From assembly GCA_002245135.1 (NCBI GenBank), contig NGBS01000054.1, positions 1 through 43,597 of the forward strand: a stretch of DNA of 43,597 nt, read 5' to 3'. The position numbers and the translations under genes are program-made. The stretch comes from Proteromonas lacertae. Taxonomy: Eukaryota. Numbering within the stretch: position 1 is the first letter of the stretch; every line of letters starts with the position of its first letter. Shown one piece after another: positions 33,734-43,597 of this stretch. The notes beneath the pieces are model-generated. The model made no database searches, had not been told where the DNA came from, and saw only the letters and a list, made by a program, of their open reading frames with translations.

Positions 33734-34372
33734 TTAATACATATAACCATTATTCAAACTATCATTGAATAGATTGTTGTAACTCATATAACATTCATCA
33801 CGTGCGATATCATTAATGCTATCAAGAGATAGATTGCTATTACTATTACTTTCTCTATTATTTAGAGAATAAAGCGTATTATAATTACTATTTATTACTT
33901 TTGAAGTGTTTTTAATAAGTGTCTCAGATGGGATTATCTTCTTGACTTGTTCATTTAGATTAATTATCTTCTTTAATTGTTGTTGAATATTTTGTTGGTT
34001 TTCTATAATTCTTTTTTGACCCATAGTCCTCTTCTCTTTGTTATTAAAACTTCTAATGAATGATGATGATGAGAATGGAGGTAAATTGTTCTCATCTATT
34101 GCGAATTCTTTACTTAAGTCTCTAAACCATAAGCCTTTTTTAAGCCTTTCTTCTACATCGCATTGATACTCTGGATCAATGTACTGTAGTATATATCTAA
34201 TTTCGTTGTATGTGAGTTCAGACTTCATACCAGAGATGTAATTATAAAGTTTAGTTCTAGTGGGAGATCTAATTTTACCATCATTTCTGAAACATCGCAT
34301 TATTATATGCTTATCTAAGTTATTCAAACATAGATTAACCTTTTTAGATTGCTTAGAATTTTCTACGCTCAT
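33734..34372 (-). CDS. Hypothetical protein
   Basis: ORF 33734-34408, first ATG at 34372, divergent from the capsid module. Confidence 0.7.
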   Translation of the reverse strand: MSVENSKQSKKVNLCLNNLDKHIIMRCFRNDGKIRSPTRTKLYNYISGMKSELTYNEIRYILQYIDPEYQCDVEERLKKGLWFRDLSKEFAIDENNLPPFSSSSFIRSFNNKEKRTMGQKRIIENQQNIQQQLKKIINLNEQVKKIIPSETLIKNTSKVINSNYNTLYSLNNRESNSNSNLSLDSINDIARDECYMSYNNLFNDSLNNGYMY

Positions 34373-34481
34373 TGTATAAACAGAAATTAAAAATATTAAA
34401 TTGTGCAAAAATGCTTATAATATTAATAATGCTTATTATGCTTATTTCTTCAATTTCGGTTACACATTTATATAAAAACAA

Positions 34482-35471
34482 ATGATTCCTTATGAACATC
34501 GTACTTATTACCTTAATTCTGATATGGTATCTTCTGCTAATCAGTTTTCTACTAAGTATAAAAAAGTTTTGCATTTACCTGCATTCGATGAAGATTATTC
34601 TGACATTTCATTGAAAGACTGTGTTATTCCTAATAGTTTTCCTACTATACAAGAGGATACTAATGACACTTTCAGTATATTCATAGATTTACAAGTTAAT
34701 CCAAGTTATGGATCTTATAAATTTGATAGAGATGAATTATATAAAGGAGTTAAAATACCAGAAGGTTTTTATACTCAAGATCAAATACTTAAGATTATTA
34801 ACAATGTATTCAAAGATATTACATTAAAAGATTTTATGCCTTATAATGAAGAAGTATTATCAGAGGATGATTAGAATATGCAAATGTTTATAGGTGATGT
34901 ATTTGAAATAGATGATAAAGATGATTTTCAAACTAATCACTTACAAATAGTTGGTAAAACAACAGTCTTATATGATCCTGTTAGAAGTAGTGGTAAATAT
35001 AGTTATCCAATATGTTGGATTAAAACTATTAAAATAGTTACTAAAGATTTAGCATATAAATATTTTGGTATATCAAAGAAAGGTTATTTTGATTGTTATA
35101 ATCCAGAAGGTAATATTAAATTTGAACCAGGTATGATTAAAGATAACAAAGAAAGATATATTGAAAGACAATTACCATTAGTTCAATTACCTTTCAGACC
35201 TACTTTAATATGGGTTACTTCCATTACTATTAGAATGGATATAGTAAATATAGATCAAGATAGTCATGTTTTAGATAGTATTCCTATAACAAATCCTGAA
35301 TCAAGTTTTATCACTTATCAGAATTATGATATTTTTAATACTAGTAAAAAGTTTAATAATACTTATAGTAATGGTCAGATCATTTTGCAGATTACACAGC
35401 AAAATGGTTATGAGTTGAATTTAGATAATATAGAGTTTTGTATGAGTATTGTTGTTTTTAAAAGAACTTAA
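34482..35471 (+). CDS. Minor capsid protein (penton) with one in-frame TAG at 34872-34874
   Basis: VIPNSFPTIQEDTND, IPEGFYTQDQIL and PTLIWVTSITIRMDIVNIDQDS. Both halves are in one frame and colinear with 24495-25457. Confidence 0.8.
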
Positions 35472-35507
35472 TTAATTTCTTTTTAATCTATTATTTCTTT
35501 GCTTAAT

Positions 35508-36935
35508 ATGTCTTTATCTATTCCAAAAGAACAAAAACATGGTGTAGAGACACCTGTTATGCTTCCTTTTTATCAGTATGTAAAATTAAGTCCAGTTGGA
35601 TCAGCAAGTGATTGGACTATAAATGGAGATACATATACTCAAGAAATAAAGTTTGAATTAAGCGGAGATAACATAATTAACTTGTCTAAGTCTTACATTC
35701 AGTATGATCTTGTTATTAGAACTACACAAATTAAAAGTACTGTAAAAGGATGGACTGGTGATAAAACTAGTGATAAAGATAGTTATCCTAATTTTATTAA
35801 AGGATTAAAAGAAGGTTTTGGTATTGCTTCATTCAGAATATGCAATCAGACAGGTACAGATTTAGTTAGAGTTGATGATAGTTATGAACCATATCGTATA
35901 TTTATGGATGAAATTGTTCGTAAAAGACCAGATCAATATTATCAAGCAAATTATTATGATGGCATACAATTAAAATGGAATGATATAATAAAAGATAAAG
36001 TTATAGAAGATGAAGCTGAGTTTCAAATACCATGGAATAATAATAATAAAATATCAAATTCTGACGGTGATCATTATACATATGATAATGAGCCAGAATT
36101 TAGATTACATGTTAAAATACCTTTAGGAAGATTTTATAATACATTTGCAGCAATGAAAAGTGATGTATTCTTTGCAGAACGTATGTATATATGTATTAAA
36201 TTCCAAACTATTGATAAATTTGGTCCATTTAAATCTTATGCTAATAAAGCTACTTTTAAAACAGCTGGAGATGCTTTAGATAATGCATGTACTTTTAGAA
36301 CACCAGAAGTTGTTGAAAATAACATAAAAATAGAAAATATGAGATTTTATGCATATTATAATAAGGATAGTCAATGCAATAACAATACTAAAAACTATTG
36401 TTTATCTAAACCAATACAATTCAATGATTTTAGATGTCATCAAGTTTCTTATAGTTCTCCTAATGGAATATTCAATTATAGTTTTACATTGAATAGTTCT
36501 AATGGACCATTTTTAAGATTTATTATTTATAGACCATGGGATGAAGACGATAGTAAATGGTTACGTATACCAGAAAATGCACAATTTAGATGGATGATAA
36601 ACGACTTTGTTCATCAACCAGATTATGCTTTAATGCAATATTATGATAGTTATATGATGGTACAAGATTATTTTAAAGACTCATGGTATGATGTTTTCAG
36701 ACAAGATAAAAGTTTCAATGAGAAATTTTTCGAAATTTTAAACTTTGGTTCAAGAGATTTAGATAATATTAAGAATCAAGCAGGTAGACCTTTAGCTGCT
36801 GATTTAAAAATTACTTTTGAAATTAGTTGTCCTGGAGATCCAGCATTTACAACACATAGAATATGTCATAAATTTTATATTATTACAGGTAGATTATGTA
36901 CTATTAATGGAAGTGGTATTGTTAGTGTTGTTTAA
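35508..36935 (+). CDS. Major capsid protein (double jelly-roll), PLV type
   Basis: IKFELSGDNIINLSKSYIQY. Lies between the penton and ATPase genes. Shares DVFF, FNDF.C, FTLNSS.G, FRW.INDF and TGR...N.SGIV with the B MCP. Confidence 0.85.
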   Translation: MSLSIPKEQKHGVETPVMLPFYQYVKLSPVGSASDWTINGDTYTQEIKFELSGDNIINLSKSYIQYDLVIRTTQIKSTVKGWTGDKTSDKDSYPNFIKGLKEGFGIASFRICNQTGTDLVRVDDSYEPYRIFMDEIVRKRPDQYYQANYYDGIQLKWNDIIKDKVIEDEAEFQIPWNNNNKISNSDGDHYTYDNEPEFRLHVKIPLGRFYNTFAAMKSDVFFAERMYICIKFQTIDKFGPFKSYANKATFKTAGDALDNACTFRTPEVVENNIKIENMRFYAYYNKDSQCNNNTKNYCLSKPIQFNDFRCHQVSYSSPNGIFNYSFTLNSSNGPFLRFIIYRPWDEDDSKWLRIPENAQFRWMINDFVHQPDYALMQYYDSYMMVQDYFKDSWYDVFRQDKSFNEKFFEILNFGSRDLDNIKNQAGRPLAADLKITFEISCPGDPAFTTHRICHKFYIITGRLCTINGSGIVSVV

Positions 36936-37023
36936 ATAACTATTCTCTTTATTCTTCTTATATTACTTATATCGACTATTTCTATTATTCTTTTTGTCTT
37001 TTAATATTTCTTATATTAAATAA

Positions 37024-37830
37024 ATGCAACTTGAAAAAATAAACGATATTACAATAAACCCTGTAGAGTCTGTTGAAAAAATAAAAAAGAAAAAGGGTAA
37101 AAAATCTGTTGTTGGTTATGATTACTTTTCAGAACCTTTCTGCAATATTTTTGTATTAGCTAAGAAAAATTCTGGTAAAACAACTTTAATTTTTAATATG
37201 ATTCAACACCTGTTATTATCCAAAAGTGATCAAGTTGTTTATTTCTTTGTTGGTACAATAACAAAAGATATAATTTATGAAAAAATAACAGATATGTTGA
37301 AATATAATGAAATAGAGTATCACTGTTATGATAGTATAGTAGATGATGAAAGAATAAACGTTTTAGATGCTGTATTAGAAAATATAAAAGAAGTAGATAA
37401 AAAGAATTTTGACTATCCTGAAAATATATTTATTTTTGATGATATATCTTATGACTTATGCAATAGATCTATTTCAAAGTTATTAAAGTCTAATAGACAT
37501 TATAAAAGTAAAGTAATTATTTCAAGTCAATATATAACTGATATAACACCTAGTTCTAGGTTACAACTTGACTATTGCTTAGTTTTTAAGAATCTTTCCC
37601 AAGCTAATTTAAAGAACTTATATCATAGTTTAAATATATGGATAGATTTTAATAAGTTCAAAGATCTTTATAAAACAGCTACTACTTATAACAATCATTC
37701 TTTCTTATACATAGACAACGTAACGCATGAATTTAGAATAAATTTCGATTTAAAATTTAATAATATTAATAGTGATATTAGTGATAGTGATATTGATACT
37801 GATATTTCTAATAATTCTGATAGTGAATAA
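37024..37830 (+). CDS. DNA-packaging ATPase (A32-like, FtsK-HerA superfamily)
   Basis: Walker A AKKNSGKTT, Walker B IFIFDD, arginine motif NRH and motif C IISSQ. Confidence 0.92.
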   Translation: MQLEKINDITINPVESVEKIKKKKGKKSVVGYDYFSEPFCNIFVLAKKNSGKTTLIFNMIQHLLLSKSDQVVYFFVGTITKDIIYEKITDMLKYNEIEYHCYDSIVDDERINVLDAVLENIKEVDKKNFDYPENIFIFDDISYDLCNRSISKLLKSNRHYKSKVIISSQYITDITPSSRLQLDYCLVFKNLSQANLKNLYHSLNIWIDFNKFKDLYKTATTYNNHSFLYIDNVTHEFRINFDLKFNNINSDISDSDIDTDISNNSDSE

Positions 37831-37915
37831 TATATGTAATTATTTAATAATAATGTTTTTTATTATTTTTATTTTATTTTTATTTATTTTTTCTTATTGT
37901 CAATATAACATAAAT

Positions 37916-38623
37916 ATGTTTGGACATGTAGCAAAAAAAATAGCTGTATCTAGTAGTGGAGATATAGGAGCAGTGAGTAAGGAATTAACTAAGATTGAAA
38001 ATATGATTGAAGAACAAAATACTAAAATGCCAGATGTTACAGTATTAGCATCTAAAGAAGATGTTAAAGATGTTGTAAAGAAAGATGATATTATTGGATT
38101 AGCTACAACTAAACATGTGATACAAATTCAACGTTATATAGCTCAAGGATTAACTCCTATTGGATATCCAACATTATGTGGAAGACAAATGGTTTCATTC
38201 TCTTTTACTGTTTGGAACTTTGATAAGACATATTCAAGTTCTCACATAATTCATTTAGATTTTTATCCTAATTTTATACTTTTTAAGATCAAACAACCTA
38301 TTATTTTCTATCAAGATGTTAGTAATTATGGTAAATTTGAAATCAAAAGATTAGATGATTGGAATATACCAAATGAATCATATAAAAATAGTTTAAATGA
38401 ATATCTTGATTTAATAGATGTAGGTGGAGGTATGGGTTTAGAAATTATAGTAAATGATAGAGGTTCTAATATTTTACGATCTATATATTTAAACGAACAA
38501 ACTGATCATACTAATATGCATTTTGGTGTTCAATATATGAATACAGAAGAAGGAATTTTTGAAATTCCTATTCAAACTTGTTATATTTATACAAACAGAA
38601 ATTATAAAGGTGAAACATTTTAA
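37916..38623 (+). CDS. Putative fibre or receptor-binding protein
   Basis: ATG at 37916. Short coiled coil and LASKEDV/VVKKDDI/LATTKHV shaft-like repeats, then a beta-rich C-terminal domain. Follows the structural module. Confidence 0.45.
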   Translation: MFGHVAKKIAVSSSGDIGAVSKELTKIENMIEEQNTKMPDVTVLASKEDVKDVVKKDDIIGLATTKHVIQIQRYIAQGLTPIGYPTLCGRQMVSFSFTVWNFDKTYSSSHIIHLDFYPNFILFKIKQPIIFYQDVSNYGKFEIKRLDDWNIPNESYKNSLNEYLDLIDVGGGMGLEIIVNDRGSNILRSIYLNEQTDHTNMHFGVQYMNTEEGIFEIPIQTCYIYTNRNYKGETF

Positions 38624-38674
38624 TAGTAGTAGTAATTAGTAATTAGTAATTAGTAATAATTAGTATTAATTAAA

Positions 38675-39418
38675 CTAATTCTTTTTATACTTCTTGTTTA
38701 CATTATTTTGTCTATTATTAGTATTAAAATCATTAGCAGAACCATATGTTTCTCTTTTAACACTTAAATTCAAATTAGGTGTTGTAGGTTCTGTATCTGC
38801 ATTCTCTAAATCATCATCATCATCATTAATAGCAGAATTATTAGGTGCTACAATTCCAGATTCTGATTCTAAATTACTAACATCTTCTATAAGTTTAGTA
38901 GATGGTGTTAAATCCACAATACTAGAATCCAACTCAAATTTAGGATAAATATAAAAGTTACCTACACCATCTTTAGATTGAATCACAGAAAATTGTCTGA
39001 TTCTTACATCAAATTCACACCAATGAAGTCTACCTTCCATAATATTATAACCTTTTGAATCCCAACTCCAAACATTAACTTTAGGAGATTCCATGTTTTC
39101 TTTAGGGAACTTGAAATAAAGCTTATTTCCCCACTTCATAATCAACTCCAATAAATCTGGATCGTTCTTGAATTCGGAATACATCTGATTAATAATCCCA
39201 ATATATAATTTGTTTAATGGTTGGACCACTTCCTTCTGTAAATTTCTTATAGCTACATTATTATATGTCTGCACCTTAATTCTATTAAAGGATAACAAAT
39301 GATAATTAGTTTTTGCTTCTACTTGTTTATATTTACCTTGGAATGTTAAGTAAGCTATATTAACTTGTGGTAAGCTTACATAAACATTCTCTTTATCTAT
39401 TTGATAGGTGACAGACAT
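38675..39418 (-). CDS. Shared-family protein (single copy seen in C) with acidic tail; possible ssDNA-binding protein
   Basis: ATG at 39418. Matches 26876-27329 and 27401-28327. The function is inferred only from a beta-rich core plus acidic tail. Confidence 0.7.
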   Translation of the reverse strand: MSVTYQIDKENVYVSLPQVNIAYLTFQGKYKQVEAKTNYHLLSFNRIKVQTYNNVAIRNLQKEVVQPLNKLYIGIINQMYSEFKNDPDLLELIMKWGNKLYFKFPKENMESPKVNVWSWDSKGYNIMEGRLHWCEFDVRIRQFSVIQSKDGVGNFYIYPKFELDSSIVDLTPSTKLIEDVSNLESESGIVAPNNSAINDDDDDLENADTEPTTPNLNLSVKRETYGSANDFNTNNRQNNVNKKYKKN

Positions 39419-39596
39419 AAAAGATATTCTCAACCAATGAATTACTAATTACAAGTGGTCCAATAGAAATTCAAAATAAAGATCATGTGAGGCTTTTAGT
39501 TATTTAGTCGTTTCAAAATTTAAAAATAAGTTAATTTCAAATATATATAGATATATAAAATGAAATAATTTTAATTAATATTAATTAATTGTAAAT

Positions 39597-40217
39597 TTAA
39601 AAATAAGCAACTATTTCTGTATTTTGAATTGTGCTTATTGTATTAAATATATGATAACATAACTTATCATAAAGATCCCATTCTCTCTCTGTTTTACATA
39701 CACATATAAAATTACTTCTATTTTCTGAAGATATTTCAAATAATGCTTTCACTGTTTGATTTAAACTTCTTATAATAATACCATATGGAGTACTTGCATT
39801 TTCACATAATCTAATAATAGGATCTATATGTCTTACACAGAAATTAATCTTTTGACTATTACATAGATTGAATATATTACATTCACTTGGATTCTCTAAA
39901 AGTACAAGTTTCCACATAAGTAGTATATTTTCTATTTGCTGAGGTGATGCTATGTTTACATGACCAGTAATCTCATTACAACCACCTATAGGTAATTCAT
40001 TTACTGATCTACTTTGACTTAACTTCTTTAATATATCTTCTGCCTCCTGGTTAATTCTTTCTGCTTCAGATAAATTTAATGAAGGTACTTCATTTCTTAT
40101 AGGCTCATTAGATTTATTAGATTCTGCATTTGGCGCGTTAGCTACAGAAGGTGTTTTATATACAGCCTGGTTGTTAGTATCACTTTGCATAGGCTCCCAT
40201 ATACTTTTTGTTGACAT
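39597..40217 (-). CDS. Hypothetical protein
   Basis: ATG at 40217 within ORF 39597-40295. Confidence 0.7.
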   Translation of the reverse strand: MSTKSIWEPMQSDTNNQAVYKTPSVANAPNAESNKSNEPIRNEVPSLNLSEAERINQEAEDILKKLSQSRSVNELPIGGCNEITGHVNIASPQQIENILLMWKLVLLENPSECNIFNLCNSQKINFCVRHIDPIIRLCENASTPYGIIIRSLNQTVKALFEISSENRSNFICVCKTEREWDLYDKLCYHIFNTISTIQNTEIVAYF

Positions 40218-40269
40218 AATAATAACAATAACAAAAAAAAATAGCAAAAAATAAAATTTAATAAAAATA

Positions 40270-40743
40270 TTACTCAGAATCTGAGAGATTTTCAACCAAG
40301 TCGCTTTCTCGGTTTTCGGAACCGGCTTTAGAACCGTCCTTTTTGACTAAATGCTTCCTAAATGGAGCTAATGAGTTTAATAAAGCATTTGTTATATTTT
40401 TTCTTTTACCTTTTATTATTATTATATCATCTTTATTTTTATCTTGCATATCATCATCATCGCTAGATGCGTATTCATCCTCCTCCTCTTCAGATTCTGT
40501 TGGCTCATATGACTCATCATCATCGTCATCGTTAGTTATGAAACCTATTAAGTTACCTTCTGAATCGACATCTGATGCATTTTCATCATCTTCAGAATCG
40601 TATGAATCCTCGTCGTCTGAACCTCCACAACCTTCAGCTTCTCCATAGAAGTAATCCATCATATCCTCATAATCCTGTTCAGCATTACGCTTTCTTTTCT
40701 TAGCAGTTATATTTTCTAAGTTATGGTCTGGATTATCACTCAA
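40270..40743 (-). CDS. Acidic protein with NLS-like KKRKR
   Basis: D/E-rich ORF containing DVDSEGNLIGFI. The true start is uncertain. Confidence 0.65.
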   Translation of the reverse strand: MSDNPDHNLENITAKKRKRNAEQDYEDMMDYFYGEAEGCGGSDDEDSYDSEDDENASDVDSEGNLIGFITNDDDDDESYEPTESEEEEDEYASSDDDDMQDKNKDDIIIIKGKRKNITNALLNSLAPFRKHLVKKDGSKAGSENRESDLVENLSDSE

Positions 40744-40887
40744 ATCATCGTCTACTATGTTAAATATGATGCATAGTAGTTTGGAACTTTTTGTTATTAT
40801 TGTTAGAACTCATTTTATATTATTACAAAAGAAAAAACAAAGAATAGTTATTATTAAAAGTATAACAGATATTTATATTATGGTTAT

Positions 40888-41151
40888 TTATGAAGGTATG
40901 TCTTGCATTAATACTTCGTCAGCCATTTGATTTAATATTCTTAATGCTTCTCGATATGTGCCTGGATTCAATGTTGATAATAATTGTCTAACATCTGGTG
41001 GTATTTGTTGAAGAATTTGTTGTAATTCTTGTTCATTTTGTTGCTGTTGTTGCTGTTGTTGAGGTGTTTGTATATATACAGGATTATGACCATCTGCTTG
41101 TGGAGCAACACCACTTTGAAATTGATAATCTGGAATAGGACCTTCTGACAT
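40888..41151 (-). CDS. Small Gln-rich protein
   Basis: ATG ORF of 87 aa. Confidence 0.6.
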   Translation of the reverse strand: MSEGPIPDYQFQSGVAPQADGHNPVYIQTPQQQQQQQQNEQELQQILQQIPPDVRQLLSTLNPGTYREALRILNQMADEVLMQDIPS

Positions 41152-41254
41152 TTTATTCTTTTATTGATTGATTGAATATATAATGCTTATAGATATAATA
41201 AACATAATAGAAGTTATTTCTTATTATCATATTTTTAAAATAGTTTTATTTATT

Positions 41255-41596
41255 ATGGTAAAAAGAAGAAGCAGTAAAAGAAAATGTTGCAGAAGATATG
41301 TTATAGGAAAAGGTAAGTTTTGGGATGGTGTGAAAGGCTTTTTAAAGAAAACTAAGATATTGTCTACAGCTGCTAGTTTAATACCTGGTGTAGGACCAGC
41401 ACTAGGTAATGTAGTAAGTAATGTAGGTTATGGACGTAAGAGAAGAAGAAGAAGTAGAAGAGGTGGTGCTACTAATTGGTCAGAAATAATTAAAAAATAT
41501 GGCAATAAATCAGGAAATAAGTTATTAGTGAGAAAAACTGTAGGTGGACCTTCTTCTTGTCTTAGAAAAGAAGGAATTTCCAACAGGTGGTGGTAG
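41255..41596 (+). CDS. Arg-rich core-like protein with an amphipathic helix
   Basis: ATG at 41255. GKGKFWDGVKGFLKK and VGYGRKRRRRSRRGG. A shifted frame continues GGGRRRRRRRYRRR. Confidence 0.75.
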   Translation: MVKRRSSKRKCCRRYVIGKGKFWDGVKGFLKKTKILSTAASLIPGVGPALGNVVSNVGYGRKRRRRSRRGGATNWSEIIKKYGNKSGNKLLVRKTVGGPSSCLRKEGISNRWW

Positions 41597-41746
41597 AAGA
41601 AGAAGAAGAAGAAGATATAGAAGAAGAAGTAATAGTACTAAAAACTTAGATAATCGTTATATAGATAATAAAGATAGAGTTCTCTAAAATAATTATTCTA
41701 CTTATTTCTTACTTTTTTCATCTTTTTTTAAAATAACATAATCAAA

Positions 41747-42067
41747 ATGGTTTTAGGCGGTAGAAGACATCGTAGAAGACATGCTAGAAGAGGTAGACGT
41801 AGAAGAGGTGGTTCTTTAAAGTCAATATGGGGTAAGATCAAAAGTGGTGCAAGCAAGGCCTTCAATTGGGCAAAAGACCACAAAATAGCCTCTAAAGTGG
41901 CTAGAGAGTTAGGCTACAATGATGTAGGCAATGGCTTAGCTATGATGGGCTTAGGAAGAAGAAGAAGACATAGAAGAAGAGGAGGTGCCAGATTGCCTTT
42001 TAATGGAGGCGCTAACCAACAAGCATTATTAAGTGCATATTTGAAAACTAAAGTGCCTGGAGCATAA
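41747..42067 (+). CDS. Arg-rich core-like protein (adenovirus pVII/pX/pVI-like organisation)
   Basis: MVLGGRRHRRR, RRGGSLKSIWGKIKSGASKAFNW and MMGLGRRRRHRRRGG. Confidence 0.8.
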   Translation: MVLGGRRHRRRHARRGRRRRGGSLKSIWGKIKSGASKAFNWAKDHKIASKVARELGYNDVGNGLAMMGLGRRRRHRRRGGARLPFNGGANQQALLSAYLKTKVPGA

Positions 42068-42179
42068 AAAATAATATTGCTAATAATGTTTATTATTATT
42101 ATATTACTATTATTATTATTTGTTTGATTATTATTATTATTATTATTTTTCATAAATAAAATAAAATAAAATATATATT

Positions 42180-42859
42180 ATGAGTGATAGCGAACAAGAC
42201 TCTCAATCACAAGGATCTTATTCTTCTGAATCAGAGGAAGAGGATGATAGAATGAGTTATTCATCTGAAAGTACTGAGTCAGGAGATGATGATCTCGATA
42301 AAATTTAAAATGATTCTGACAATGCTCTCTTATATGAGACAATTAAAACTTATTTAAAAACAGAACATCCAGATGAATATGTTCAATATAAAGATAAAAT
42401 AAAAAATATTGTTGGAAATGGTAATAATAATAATAGTAATAGCAAATCTAAAAAGTCTAAAAAATATAGTGAAAAACCTAAAAGAAAAGGTGTTAAGGAT
42501 ATAGAAATTAGAAAATCTAAGCATAGTCATTCTGGAGGTAAGAGTAATAAATTAGATGAACCTCCTAGTAAAAGAGGTCGTGGAAGACCAAAAAAAGGTG
42601 AAGATAGTGTTCCTTTATCTAGAATGACAAAGAAAGAATTACAAGCATATTGTAATGAAGTACAAGAAAATTATCTAAATATGAAAAGAAATATATGAAA
42701 TCAAAAATTAATAATAATAATAAAAAAGATAAAAATGATAAAGAAGAAAAAATGAAAGAAGAAAAAAAGGAAGAAGAAGAAGAAAGTGATGTTATTATTC
42801 CTAATGATATTAATGGAAGAGAAATTGTAACTACTCCTATTGATCCTTATTATATCTAA
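42180..42859 (+). pseudogene. Acidic/basic protein with an AT-hook; one in-frame TAA and one frameshift
   Basis: MSDSEQDS...LDKI*NDSDNALLYE...KRGRGRPKK, continuing after a shift to ...TTPIDPYYI*. The end coordinate is approximate. Confidence 0.55.
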
Positions 42860-42928
42860 AATCTTTATTTTGACTATTATTTTTATTTCTCTTTTTGCTT
42901 TTGTATTTTGTATTAAATAAATAAAAAT

Positions 42929-43496
42929 ATGCGTAAATATCTTAAAAAGAACATACAACGCTTAATTAAAAAGAAAATAACAAAGAAAATTAGAGGTAAG
43001 AAAGAAATTCTACATATGATCATAACAGATATTATCAAAATTTATATCAAAACTATTTAACATCAACAGCAAAAGATGAAGTAGAAAATAGAAATAATTT
43101 AAGAGATGAACAAATAGAACAAATAAAACATAAAATAGGTAAATTAAATGAAGCTAAAAAGATGAAAATAATTCTGAAATTAAAAAATTATCTCTTATGC
43201 AAGAAATGTTAGAAAGGGATAGAATAAAAGATCAGCAATATGTTAGCGATTTAAAAATAGGTAATAATTTAGCAAATCCTATAGCTACCAACCAAAGAGA
43301 ATTAGACGACCAACATTTATTTGGCTCAATGATGTATCAGTCCATGAATAGACCAAACTATTTTGACTATGCTAAGAAATTGGCTCAGGCAAGAGAAGAA
43401 ATTTCTAAATTAGATCCAACAGGAGCTGATAGTAGAAAAGGTTTTAAAGATAGAGTTATGAAAAAATTAAATAATATGTTAACCGATGATGTATAG
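42929..43496 (+). CDS. Frameshift-interrupted gene related to the B ORFs at 22252, 23197 and 23418
   Basis: MRKYLKK... / YYQNLYQNYL... / EIKKLSLMQEML... join across two shifts in A-rich tracts. Confidence 0.55.
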
Positions 43497-43597
43497 AAAT
43501 AATAATAATAATAATATAATAATATATATTATAATATACTTTATTATAATATTCTTCTTTTTGATAATATTTTTATTTTTGATTATTCTATTTTTCT

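Larger units (their letters stand above)
31256..43597. mobile_element. Element C: endogenous Polinton-like virus, AT-rich, right end outside the window
   Basis: Minor capsid, MCP and ATPase module plus core-like proteins. The left end AGTAAATAAAGGTTCTGGCACA sits at the break in a host gene. Confidence 0.88.

Noticed and set aside
37772..37915. Hydrophobic N-terminal extensions in the ORF track (also 10994, 39597 ORF, 41168) suggesting membrane proteins
   Set aside because: They come from non-ATG starts read through T-rich intergenic DNA. Downstream ATGs are more plausible.

Overview
The window is AT-rich eukaryotic DNA with short (about 27-43 nt) GT-AG introns. It looks like a Blastocystis-type stramenopile, which is an inference. 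It carries three endogenous viral insertions. Elements A (10680-18651) and B (19672-28810) are visibly more GC-rich than the host. They share near-identical terminal inverted repeats (about 270 bp, AG...CT ends), each containing a 203-bp fold-back hairpin, but have different gene sets. B encodes a Polinton-like-virus (PLV) type minor and major capsid pair. A encodes unassigned proteins, including one core-like protein and a member of a gene family also found in B. Neither has a recognisable polymerase, integrase, protease or packaging ATPase. The best reading is two integrated segments of a multipartite or helper-dependent hairpin-ended PLV. Element C (from 31256, running off the window) is an AT-rich relative. 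It has a homologous capsid pair, an A32-like packaging ATPase, Arg-rich core-like proteins, a 641-bp internal palindrome, an intron-containing gene, and a left end resembling the A/B termini. Host genes include a large IQ-motif protein, a BTB/Ig/SPRY-like gene, a CEP290 C-terminus-like gene and a TM9SF gene. All homology calls were made by eye, with no database search.
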